NCBI GenBank assembly: GCA_038087875.1
Contig: CM075992.1
Location: 8,372,001 to 8,436,000, forward strand
DNA: 64,000 bases
DNA from: Malacoraja senta
Lineage: Eukaryota
Reading direction: 5' to 3'
Positions 1 to 12,300 of this stretch are shown one piece after another. The position numbers and the translations under genes were made by a program. Numbering within the stretch: position 1 is the first letter of the stretch; each line of letters starts with the position of its first letter. The notes below the pieces were generated by a model. That model ran no database searches, was not told the DNA's origin, and saw nothing but the letters and a program-made list of their open reading frames with translations.

Positions 1-48
1 AACACGACAGTCCTAGTAACTGAGGCGGAGGAAGAGCGTGGGGACGAA

Positions 49-746
49 AGGCCCTGTCCCACTTACGTGTCCTTGGCACGCAAATTACGCAACCTCGTGG
101 TCGCGTTGAGGCGCACGGGCATCGTGTGGCTGCGCGGGGCCGGTCCCACTTAGAAGCGCAGAGGGGTATGTAGTTGTGCGCGACATCGCTCGGGGCTACG
201 AAATTTTTGTAGTGAACGAAATCTTCGTGCGCCAACGGCCTGTCGCGGAACTGATGGCCAAAGTGGGACAGGCCCAAGACCCTGGCACGACGCAACATCT
301 CACCTTCAACAGCAGCAGAAGCAGGCAAACGATCGCCAAACTCGGCCTGGGGCTCACGGCCGTTGCGGTCCAGATCCGCCCCCACTTCTACTCCCAGAGC
401 TGGGCCAAGAAAATTGAAGATAGACACAAAATGCAGGAGTAACTCAGCGGGACCGGCAGCATATCTCTGGAGAGAAGCAGTGGGTGACGTTTCAGGTCAA
501 GACCCTTCTTTTCAGACTGAAGAAGAGTCTTGACCCGAAACGTTACCCATTGCTTCTCTCCAGAGATGCTGCCGGTCCCGCTGAGTTACTCCAGCTTCGT
601 GTCCATCTTCAAATGACATCACGGGCTCCAGACGGCTGTGCGTACGCATAAAATCGCGCCCGACCTTCACGGGACTGTCGCGGCTCAACGCGACCAACGA
701 GGTCGTGTCATTTGCGTGCCAAGGACACGTAAGTGGGACAGGCCCT
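49..746. mobile_element. PIF/Harbinger-type non-autonomous element with a nested Penelope-derived inverted pair
   Basis: Terminal inverted repeats (a)ggccctgtcccacttacgtgtccttggcacgcaaat ... atttgcgtgccaaggacacgtaagtgggacaggccct, followed by TAA. Confidence 0.75.
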
Positions 747-3235
747 TAAAGCTTTACATTAGAGATACAGCATGGAAGCAGGCCGTTTGGCCCATGAGTC
801 CACGCCAACAAGCGATCACCCCGTACACAAGGGACAATAAACAATTTAGAGAAGCCGATTACGCAACAAAAGCTTTTCACTGTACCTCGGTACACATCAC
901 AATGAACTGAACTAAACGAAACTAAACTAACCTACAAACCTGTACGTCTTCGGAGTGTGGGAGGAAACCGGAGCGCCCGGAGAAAACATACGCGGTCACG
1001 TGGAGAAGGTACAATGGACAATAGACGATAGGTGCATTCGGCCCTTAGGCTCTACAAACTCTGTACAGACAGCACCTGTGGTCGTGTTTGAACCCAGGCC
1101 TCTGGCGCTGTGAGGCAGCAACTCTACCACTGCGCCACCATGCACTGTGTCAGAGCTGTCTGAATGCATTGTGCTTTGATCAATCAACAGCTAGAAGATT
1201 AACCATTTAATGTCCAACATTGATTCTACTGTCTGCTCTAAATTCGCTGGGCTCAAACAGGGCATGTTTAAAATCATGAGGGGGATAGGGTGAATGCACA
1301 GTCTTTATCCTAAACCAGCATCTACAGTTCCATGTATAATCTTTGACCCACGATCGGGGAATCATAAACCAGAGGATACGGGTTTAGGTGAGAGGGGAAA
1401 ACATTTAATAAGAACCCGAGGGTTAACTTTTTCACACAGAGGGTGGTGGATGTGTTACGACTCCCGAATGCAGGTACTTCAGAGCCGCGTAACATAGTTC
1501 AAAAACCAGGTTTAAGTTCAAAAATAGTTTTAATTATTCAATGGAACACAAAACCCAAACCTGATTCAAACAACCCAGTCAGGGATATGGATGGGACTGA
1601 CAAACAATTAAACAGTGCTCCAGCCAGCCACGTGATGGACCGTCGAACCAGAGACTCTAAAACCTGCCTAAAGATATATAACCCTGAAACAAAATACACG
1701 AAAACACTAAGGTCAGCCCTTATCCGTCCCAATTCACTATTTGATAATAAGTATTTGAAAAAGTACACAAAGTTCTATGCCATGTGGCCAGGCCTTCCGC
1801 AGCTCACTCCAGCAGTCAGCTCACAAGGCAGGGTCGACAAAGAAGAGAGAGAATTCTGGGCGGTTCTGGTATTTATGCTTCAGATGAGTCACCGTCACCT
1901 GATGCAGCTTGGCCAACCGGGTACAGGAGCCTTTTAACCCTTTGATTCCAGACTCACATCCACAAGGCCTGCACTCGGGAAAGAAACAGAGAAAGGTAAG
2001 TACATAGCATTCACCAGGGGGGGGAGCGCCTAACAGATGTATGGAACGAGCTGCCAGAAGAGGTAGTTGAGGCTGGGTCTATCCCAACGTTTAAGAGACA
2101 ATTAGACGGGTACATGGATAGGACAGGTTTAGGGGGATGTTGGCCAATTAGAGGCAGGTGGGCCATCTTGGTCAGAATGGACGAGTGGCCTGTTTCCGTG
2201 CTGTACGACTCTCTGTCAGATGATTCCGTTGGTCTCTAAGCTGTATCGCCACCAGCCCAGTGCCTAAGAAAGGCTCCATGAGAGGAAGGACAATGCAGTG
2301 CTAACATTTATATCGAGAGGACAAGAATATGAAAGCAGGGATGTAATGCTGAGGCTCTATAAGGCGCTGGTCAGGCCGCATTTGGAATATTGTGAGCAGC
2401 TTTGGGCTCACTATGAGGAAGGATGTGTTGGCATTGGAGAGGGTCCTGAGGAGGTTTACAAGAACGAACCCAGGGATGATAGGGTTAACCTATGAGGAGC
2501 ATTTTGATAGCGCTATGCCTGTACATGCTGGAGTGTAGAAGCATGAAGGGGGACCTCATTGAAACCTAGTAATAATGAAAGGCTTGGATAGAGTGGATGT
2601 GGAAAGGATATTTCCACTAGTGCGAGAGTCTTGGACCAGAGGGCATAGCATCAGTACCAGAGACGTGGGTTCGATCCTGACTACGGGTGCTGTCTGTACG
2701 GAGTTTGTCCGTTTTCTTGTGAGCGCCTGGGTGCTCCGGTTTCCTCCCATACTCCAAAGACATTCAGGTTTGCAGGTTAATTGGCTTGGTATAAATGTAA
2801 ATTGTCCCCAGTGTGTGTGTGGGATAGTGCTAGCGTGCGGGGATCGTTGGGCCGAAGGGCCTGTTTCCGCGCTGTATCTCTAAACTAAACTAAACTGGGC
2901 TGCATCTACAACTCTCGGCAGTTCCTTGCAGGCTTGGTCAGAGCTGTTTCCAAACCAAGTTGTGATGCAAGCCGACTGCATGGTTCCTCTGGTGCGTCTG
3001 TGGAAGTTGGTAAGAGTTGCTGGAAATGTGCTGAGGTTCCGCATCGTCCTGAGGAAGTGGAGGCTTGGTTAGGCTGGTGGTGATGTCACATGGCGGGACG
3101 TGGTCTACACATGACTCAGTGATGTGGACCTTCTGCGGTGAACGAGATCTGTATTTGGATCTCGCTACTTATCATCCAACCGTTTTCAATCATCTTCCCA
3201 GCCATTGCCTCTCCTCATAGACACAAGGACCGAGT

Positions 3236-3543
3236 GGTCACGGAGGCGCAGCGGTAGAGTTGATGCTTTACAGCGAATGCAGCGCCGGAGACCCGGGTTT
3301 GATCCTGACTACGGGCGCTGTCTGTACAGAGTTTGTACATTCTCCCCGTGACCCGCGTGGGTTTTCTCCGAGATCTTCGGTTTCCTCCCACACTCCAAAG
3401 ACGTACAGGTTTGTAGGTTAATTGGCTTGGTAAATGTAAAAATTGTTCCTAGTGGTGTAGAATGGTGAGTGTAGGCTGGTCGGCGCGGACCCGGTGGGCC
3501 GAAGGGCCTGTTTTCGCGCTGTATCTCTGAACTAAACTAAACT
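3236..3543 (+). mobile_element. HE1-type tRNA-derived V-SINE (representative; dozens of full and partial copies on both strands, e.g. 13040-13326 -, 14512-14818 -, 16780-17092 -, 17657-17950 +, 44779-45100 +, 46048-46365 +, 56920-57228 +)
   Basis: A-box-like GGCGCAGCGG, B-box GGTTCGATCC, central GGTTTCCTCCCACA..CCAAAGAC V-domain, 3' GGGCCGAAGGGCCTGTTTCC tail shared with CR1 ends, (AAACT)n terminus. Confidence 0.9.
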
Positions 3544-4089
3544 GCAGATGCTGGACTCTTGCATAGAATACAAAGTGCTGGAGTAACTCAGTGGGTCTGG
3601 CAGTAATTTGAAGTTATCTAGAAATGGAGAATTCAATGTTCATACCATTGGGTTGTAAGCTACTCAAGTAGAATATAAGGTGCTTTAGATCACCCTGCAC
3701 ACTAGCACTATCCTACACACTAGGGACAATTTCTGATAGCCAATTAACCTACAAACCTGCACTTCTTTGGAGTGTAGGAGGAAACCGGAGATCCTGGAGA
3801 AAACCCTTGCGGATCATGGGGAGAACGTACAAACTCTGCACAGACAATGCCCGTAGTCGGGATCGAACCCGGGTCTCTGCCGCGGTGAGGCAGCAACTCT
3901 GCCGCTGTGCCACCGTGCTGTTCCCCCAGTTTGTGTGCCGCCGCACTCTGGCAGTGGAGGAGGCCCAGGACAGAAAGGTCAGTGTGGCAATGGGAAGGGT
4001 TAAAATGGTTGGCAACGGGGAGATCCAGCATGCTGGTTTACAAAAAATGGGAGGTGGATACAGGTGAGGTTGGGAGTTTTGAGTTCAAA

Positions 4090-4901
4090 TGCCACCTATC
4101 CCATGGTTGCTAAACACTTCAACTCCCCCTCCTATTCCCACACTGACCTTTCTGTCCTGGGCCTCCTCCACTGTCAGAGTGAGGCCCAGCGCAAATTGGA
4201 GGAACGGCACCTCATATTTTGTTTGGGCAGCTTACACCCCAATATGAATATTGACTTCTCCAACTTCAAGTAACCCTTGCTTTCCCTCTCTCTCTCCATT
4301 CCTCCCCCATCCTAGTTCTCTGACCAGTCCGTCCGTCCCCCGATTAAATTTTACATAGTATGCCTCGTTGTCACCTTCCCCTGGCGAACAAGGTCAAAGT
4401 TTCCAGGTCAAGGTCATTTTATTGTCACATGTACCAATTAAAGGACAGTGATATGCGAATTACCATACAGCCATACAAAAAAAAAAAGCAACAAGACACA
4501 CACTACATAAAAGTTAACATCCACCACAGCGCATTCACCACATTCCTCACTGTGATGGAAGGCAAAAAAGTCCAATCTTTTTCCTCTTTTATTCTCCCGC
4601 GGTTGCGGCAGTCGAACCATCCGCAGTCGGGGCGATCGAAGTATCCGCAGCCGGTGGTCGAAGCCCCCGTGGCTTGGAGCTCCCGAAGTCGGTCTCTAAC
4701 CAGAGACAGCAAGCTCCGCGATGTTAAAGTCCGCAGGCTCCCGCGGTTGGAGCTCTCGAAGTCGGTCTCCAGCAAAGGCGGCCAACTCCTCAACTCAAAT
4801 CTATTCAACATTTTCTTTCACCTTTGATCTCTCGTTTTCACACTTTACCCTTCCATATCTTTGTGTCTCCCTCTCCCCTGACTCAGTTTGAAGAAGGGTC
4901 T
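4090..4901 (+). mobile_element. Penelope-like element 3' fragment (end of GIY-YIG region plus 3' UTR), interrupted by a GC-rich non-autonomous retroelement at about 4390-4795
   Basis: ORF 4064-4273 VAKHFNSPSYSHTDLSVLGL...RKLEERHLIFCLGSLHP..NIDF; ends in a partial hammerhead core at 4885-4901. Confidence 0.75.
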
Positions 4902-4902
4902 C

Positions 4903-5268
4903 ATAGAAACAGAAAATAGGTGCAGGAGGAGGCCATTCGGCCCTTCGAGCCAGCACCGCCATTCATTGTGATCACGGCTGATCGTCCCAAATCAATAACC
5001 CGTGCCTGCCTTCTCCCCATATCCCTTGATTCCACTAGCCCCGAGAGCTCTATCTAACTCTCTCTTAAATCCATCCAGTGATTTGGCCTCCACTGCCCTC
5101 TGTGGCAAGGAATTCAACAAATTCACAACTCTCTGGGTGAAAACGTTTTTTCTCACCTCAGTCTGAAATGGCCTCCCCTTTATTCTAAGACTGTGGCCAC
5201 TGGTTCTGGACTCGCCCAACATTGGGAACATTTTTCCTGCATCAAGTTTGTCCAGTCCTTTTATTTTT

Positions 5269-5321
<53 letters not shown>

Positions 5322-5500
5322 TTTTTATTTTTAGAAGTACGGTAGATTACAGTAATGTACAACACGTATATATTAATACATTTTTTGTACCGCTTCACTT
5401 TTTTAAACTTTAAGAAAGAAAAAGAAAGAAGTAAGAAAAGTGAAGAAAGTGCACAAAGGTTGTGAAGTCCTTTTATAATTTGATATGTTTCTATAAGATC
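4903..5500 (-). mobile_element. CR1/HER1-type LINE 3' fragment, interrupted by an L1-type poly(A) tail insertion (about 5261-5465)
   Basis: ORF 4992-5231 (GESRTSGHSLRIKGRPF...FTQRVVNL.NSLP). Poly-T tract flanked by repeated agtccttttat. Confidence 0.8.
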
Positions 5501-6020
5501 CTCGACCTGAAACATCACCCATTCCTTCTCCCCAGAAATGCTGCCTGTCCCGCTGAGTTACTCCAGCATTTTGTGTCTATCTTCAGTGTAAACCAGCATC
5601 TGCAGGTCCTTCCTGCACCACCTATTTGTTCATTGTCCCTTGTTTATACTTGTTGTCTCCCTCGGTTGTATCATGGTGCTCTCTATGTGGTGTTCCCACA
5701 GCTCAACCTATGTTTAGTCCCAGAACCTCACTTGAAACCACTGTTTATTTTCACATGCTGCATTAAGACCATCACTCCCCATTTCTAGCCACTCTCATTC
5801 AACCCACGTAAACAAGGCACAGAAATTATTAAACAAAGTCTTCATCTACAAATATATCTTATTTGTCATTTCAAATTTATATAAGAGATTAATTACATTG
5901 GCAGCAAACATTGTCATCCAGAGAAAGCCAATCTCCTTTATAAATGCCACAGAGTCTTAGAGAGTCATAGACTCATACAGCATAAAACTGCACAATAACT
6001 TTCTCATTCAATGCACTGAC

Positions 6021-6549
6021 TAGGGTTGCCAACTGTCCCGTATTAGCCGGGACATCCTGTATATTGGGCTAAATTGGTTTGTCCCACACGGGACCGCCCT
6101 TGTCCCGTATTTGACTGCTACTACTCGGGTCGAGGGGACTGCCGGGTCCGAGCGCCGCGAACGGCCCCGCCTCACCCGTCCTGACGTAGTGCAGCCCATG
6201 GAGTGCAGCAGCAGCAGCGCCTCGCCCGTGGCCCCGTCGGTCGGCAGCCCGGCCAGCTGTCCGACCTTCAGACCTTCGCTTACCACCGACACCACCACCC
6301 CTCCTTCTCATGGCCGACCATCGGTTCGTGAGTTGGATGGGGCGCCGGACTTTGCTCGCAACGTCGCGTGGCCCGGGCCAAAACTCCTCAGCTGGCCCGC
6401 CGGCTGGGCTTTGTGTGCAGTCCAGCACCCGGGCCAACTCATCATTCACCCAGCCACGGCCGAGTCAGTCAACATTTTTGCTGTCGGGAAATTGTCCCGT
6501 ATTTTGACCTGTTGTCCCTTATTTGGGAGTGAGAAAGTTGGCAACCCTA
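6021..6549. mobile_element. hAT (Blackjack-like) MITE
   Basis: TIRs TAGGGTTGCCAACT / AGTTGGCAACCCTA; 8-bp TSD gcactgac / acactgac; GC-rich interior with tgtcccgtatt subterminal repeats. Confidence 0.85.
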
Positions 6550-8754
6550 ACACTGACCCATGAAGGCCACCATACCATAGCCTTCATAGAGTCATAGAGT
6601 GATACAGAGTGGAAACAGGCCCTTCAACCAAACCAGCCCAAACAGGCCAAGCTACAGGTTTGGAGGGATATGTCCCAGCTACACTAGTCCCATCTGCCTG
6701 CGCTTGGTCCATATCCCTCCAAACCTGTCCTATCCATGTACCTGAAGGTTTTTAATATGTAAACAGCAATCAGTCCATGAATATTGGATAGTGGATTTGA
6801 TAGAGGTTTCAATGGTTTCAAAGGTCTTTTATTGTCACGTGTACCAACATGTACAGTGATATGCGAATTACCATGCAGCCATACAGAAAAAAAGCAACAA
6901 GACACACAACTACATAAAAGTTAACATAAACATCCACCACAGCGGATTCCCCACATTCCCCACTGTGATGGAAGGCAAAAAAGTACAATCTTCTTCCTCT
7001 TTATTCTCCCGCGGTCGGGGCAGTCGAACCATCCGTTGGGGCGATCGAAACTCCTGGGTCGGGGTGATCGAATTTCCTGCGGCTTGGAGTTCCCGAAGGT
7101 CCTGACCAGAGACCGCGGGCTCCGTGATGTTAAAGTCCACAGGCACCCACGGTTGGAGCTCCGAGGTCGATCCCAAGCAAAGGAATCGCGGGCTCCACGA
7201 TGGTAAGTCCGTAGGCTCCCCGCGGTAGAGCTCTCAAAATCGGTCTTCAGCAAAGGCCGCCAACTCCTCGATGTTAGGCCGCAGTTTGAACAAATCGCAT
7301 CTCCGTCGAGGTAAGAGATTAGAAAAAGTTTCCCCCAGCCACCCCCCCTCCTGCACCCCCCATATAAAACAAGCTAAAGGACATGAAAAACATACATTTA
7401 ACACAAACTATTAAAACACAAAGAAGGAAGGGACAGACAGACTGTTGGCGAGGCAGCCATTGCTAGCGCCACCCAGTGGTGTTTACGTTCAGGTGATCTC
7501 ATAGAGGTCTACAGAATCATGAGAGGAATAGATTATGAGAACGCACAAAATCTCTTGCCCAGAATAGGCTTAAACCTTCAAAGTAGGGTTTACGAGATGT
7601 GTTTACCTCTTAAACCTGAGGACCAGAGGACAAGAGCTCAAGGTGAAGGGGAAAATATTTAATAGGAATCAGGGGTAACTTTTTCACACAAAGGGCGGTG
7701 GGTGTGTGGAACGAGCTGCCGGAGGAGGTAGTTGAGGCAGGGACTATCCCAACATTTAAGAAACATTTACAGTAGATGAATACATGGATGGGACACGTTT
7801 AGAGGGATATTGGCCAAACGCAGGCAGATTGAATTGAATTAGACTTTATTAATCCCCTTATTCAGGGGAAATTCAGATGTCCTTGCAGCACACTAATAAA
7901 AATACAACATAGCATTCAAAAAGAAGTTCAACACAAAAACATCCCCTCACAGTGGTCCCCACTGTGGGGGAAGGCACAAAGTCCAGTCCCCATCCTCTTG
8001 TCCACCCAGAGTCAGGCCTATTGAGGCCTCCACAGTCGCCGCCACGGCGCCCGATTTTCTCGCCGGGTGATGGTACTCCGGCGTCGGGAGAACCCCCAGC
8101 GGCTTGGAGTGCCAGGAACGGCCGCATTCCCACCGGAGACCGCAGCTTCCAAGCCAACAGACCGCGCCGGACGGAGCCCCACACACTGGCGATCTCAGCG
8201 AGAGATCCCAGGCTCCGGGATGTAACGTTCAGCGTCGCAGCTGGCCGCTCCACAGAACCGCGGCTCCACGATGTTCTCGTCGGCGGTCCCAGCATACTGG
8301 AGTTCCAGCGCGGCGACCCAGGAAAGGCATCGCCCGCTCCACGACAACGCTCCAGCGCTGCACCGCCGCCAAAGCCGATGTTCTGCGCCGTCGCCAAAGC
8401 CGATGTTCTGGCCAGGTCCCCTCAAGGAAACGTCGCTCCAGGACCCGCTGGTAGGCCGCAAGGACAGGTCGAAGGCGCTGCTCGGAGGAAGGCAACCCCT
8501 CTGACCAGGTAGGGACTTGAAAAGCAGTTTCACCCTTCCACCCCACCACCCCCCACACATAAAAAGATTAGGCCCCCTGACTGCACACTCAACGTACTAA
8601 AAATAATTAAAAAAGAAGGGAAAAAATACCGGACAGCTGCAGGACAGGCAGCCGTTCAGGACAGCGCCTCCTCAGGACGGTGGGACTAGTGTAGATGGGA
8701 CATGTTGGCCGGTGTGGGCAAGTTGGGCCGAACCCCTGTGCTGTATCACTCTAT

Positions 8755-9395
8755 TTTTTTTATTTTTTTAAATATTTTATTTATTAGAAGTAATGTACAT
8801 TACAGTGATACAAGCCAAAAATAACATAATACATTTCCTGTACCACTTCTTGTTTTGAACTTTAAGAAGAAGAATAGAGAAAGTTAGATAAGATAGTAAG
8901 TGCGTGAAAGAGTGATCAGGAAAAACCCGTAGAAACGTAAAACACGAGAAAGAGTAAAAAAGAAAAACAAAGGAAAAGAAAAAGAAAAAATAGAAAACAG
9001 AAGATATAAGGAAGTAAAATAAGATAAAAAGGGATGTACCTACTCCGTATCTTTACACACCCCTCACCGGGTCCTGAAACCAGTTATTTTCAATGTTATG
9101 TTGCACCCTATGCTTGTAATAAGTTGATAAATGGAGACCAAATCTTTTGGAAATGGTCTGATTTGCCTGCTAGGAGGAATCTCATATCTTCGAGGTGTAA
9201 CATTTCGGACATATTTGAAATCCACAATTTTATCGTTGGTGTGGGAGCGTTTTTCCAGAATTTAAGTATATGTTTTTTTGCCATTATTAAGCCATAATTA
9301 AGGAAGCTCTTTTGGAATGAAGTCAGCTCAAAGCTGGCTTCCATTGTTCCAAAAATAATCAATTCTGCGTTAGGTTTCAGTTTTTCACTCTATGA
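8755..9395 (-). mobile_element. L1-clade LINE 3' fragment
   Basis: ORF 9108-9362 (AKKHILKFWKNAPTPTIKLW...LHLED...FQKIWSPFI) resembles the fish L1 ORF2 C-terminus; AATAAA and poly(A) near 8755-8785. Confidence 0.8.
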
Positions 9396-12300
9396 GTGGA
9401 ATTTTGATCTCTGCTGAGTTTTCACGTTCTACCTGTGACTGCGCGAGTTTCCTCTGGGTGGAATATACCACAGTGGCAATTTCCGTTGACTTACATGGAT
9501 ATGGAAACACTCCCCATAATAGCGGCGCAGTAGCGCGGCAGGTAGAGCTGTTGCCTCACAGTGCCAGAGACCTGGGTTCGATCCTGACCTGAGGTGCTGT
9601 GTGTGTGTGTGGAGTTTGCACATTCTCTCTGTTCCCTGGGTGCTCTGGTTTCCTCCCACATCCCAAAGATGTGCGGGTTTGTAGGTTAATTGCTGGAGTT
9701 TGTAGGGTTTTGTAGGTCAATTCTGTAAATTGCCCCTAGTGTATAGGGAGTGGATGAGAAAGTGGGATAACATAGAACCAGTGTAAAGGGGGATGAAAGG
9801 TGGCGAGTTGGTATATCCCATTTGCGTGATGCTCATAATAGAGTACTTGTTTTTCTCTTTTCTCTTCTTTCTCTTTTTTCTTCTCTATGGTCTATCCCTT
9901 AATCTCTTCTCTCTAATTTCTCTTCTACAGGGTCTCTGTTCTTTCCTTTTGACACGCTTTTACACTATCACTATTTTCTTTCACTCTCTTTTTCTTAATT
10001 TCAACCTTTTCTTTTTATTAGCTTTAAAAAATGAAGGAGCACATTAATTGTAATAAGATATACGTGATGTGTACTAATGTAATTGTTTGTAATTTAATGT
10101 ACTTCTAATAAATAAAATTAAAAAAACAAAACATAGAACCAGTGTGAATGGGTGATCAATGGTCAGCATGGACTCGATGGGTCGAAGGGCCTGCTATCTT
10201 GCTGTATCTCTAAATAAAGAGTTGCGTTCAACACAGGGGCATAGTTAGTAGAGGCACTGCCTCACTTCTCCAGTGACTGAACCTTAATCCTGACCTCGGC
10301 TGCTGTCTGTGTGGAGTTTGCACGTTCTCCCTGTGACTACGTGGGTTTCCTCTGGTTTTCTCCCACATCCCAAAGACGTGCGGGTTTGCAGATTACTTGG
10401 TCACTGTAAGTCGCCCCAAGTGAAAGAATCTTGAAGGGATTTAACGGCATGTGGGGGGAATATAATAGGGTTAGTGTAGGATTGGTTTTGAAGGGTGCTT
10501 CACGGGCCTGTTTCCATGCTGTACTGTCCTAAGATTAGTACGGGTGTCAGGGGTTATGGGGACAAGGCAGGAGAATGGGGTTGAGAGAGGAAGATGGATC
10601 GGCCATGATTGAATGGCGTAGACCTGATGGGCCGAATGGCCTCATTCTGCTCCAATCACATGAACTTATGATGGTACATAATGAACAGGAAATATTCAGA
10701 TATACTTAAGAACATTACCGCAAAAAACTCCTTCAAAAGGCTTCACTACAGCGCATTTGGTTCACAAAGCAATGAAATACTTACTGTACAACATAAGTAA
10801 CAGATACAGGAATAGGCCATTTATGTTGTATCTGGTCATTATTTGTCTGAAGAAGGGTCTTGACCCGAAACGTCATCTGTTCCTTTTCTCAAGAGATGTT
10901 GTCTGACCCGTGGAGTTACTCCAGCTTTTTGTGTCTATCAATGTTTAACAAGATCACTGGGTGATCTTTTTATCACAGGGTCAATTCCCTGCACTAACCA
11001 CAGATCCCTTAATACACAAGCATCTCTCACTCTCTGCTGTTGACATGTTATCACTTTAACCGGCGCCTTCAGAGTTGCTGCTTCCTCTGCAACGGTGTAA
11101 CAGGTCAAGATACAATGGTGCACCTCACAAAGTGCTGGAAGAACTCAGCAGGTCGGGCAGCATCTGTGGAGGGAATAGCCAGGCAACGCCTCGGGTCAGG
11201 GCCCTTCCTCAGTCTGAAGAAGAGTCCAGACCCAAAACATCACCTACTGTTGTGTAGGAAGGAACTGCTGATGCTGGTTTAAACCGAAGATAGACACAAA
11301 ATGCTGGAGTAACTCAGCGGGACAGGCAGCATCTCTGGAGAGAAGGAATGGGTGACGTTTTGGGTCGAGATCCTTCTTCAGACTGAGAGTCGGGGGAGAG
11401 GGAGACAGAGATATGGAAGGGTAAAGTGTGAAAACATAGATCAAAGGGGATGGGGATCAAGGAAATGAAGAGTCTGAAGACGGATCTCGACCCAAAACGT
11501 CACCTATTCCATCTCTCCAGAGATGCTGCCTGTCCCACTGAGTTACTCCAGCATTTTGTCTCCATCATTGTCGCCTACTGTTGCTTGTTCAACCCGCTTG
11601 TTCAGTTTGGTTTAGTTTAGTTTAGTCTATTATTGTCACGTGTACCGATGTACAGTGAAAAGCTATTTGTTACGTGCTATCCAGCCAGCAGAAAGACTAT
11701 ACATGATTACAATCAAGCTGTCCACAGTGTTCAGATGCTTAATAAAGGGAATAACGTTTGGTGCAGAATAAAGTCCGGTAAAGTGCCATTACAGAGAGTT
11801 CAATGGTCGCCAATGAGGTAGATGGGAGGTCAGGACCGCTCTCTAGTTGGTGTGAGGATGGTTCAGTTGCCTAATAACAACTGGGAAGAAACTGTCCCTG
11901 AATCTGGAGGTCACTTCAGCCATCTTTTCCTGCACCAAACCTTCCATTCAGTGGCTGAAGAAGGGTCTCGACCCGAAACATCACCTATTCCTTCGCTCCA
12001 TAGATGCTGCTTCACCTGCTGAGTTTCTCCAGCATTTTTATCTACCTCCAATGATTAACCAGTCAGTTCCGATTTCCTATTTAAAATAATGTTCTCCCTG
12101 TGACCTGGCTTCGATTTTCTCTGCATGCTCCGGTTTCCTCCCACACTCCAAAGACGTGCAGGTTTGTCTGTTAATTGGCTTTTGTAAATGTAATTTGTCT
12201 CTTGTGTGCCGGGTACTAGTGCTAGAGTATAGGGTGCTCGATGGTAAAGTGTGGCCTCGAAGGGCCTGTTTCCAAGCTGTATCTCTGTATCTCTAAAGTC

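Noticed and set aside
6020..8560. Clusters of GC-rich ORFs of 100-190 aa
   Set aside because: They lie within a hAT MITE and non-autonomous retroelements; open on several frames because of GC content.
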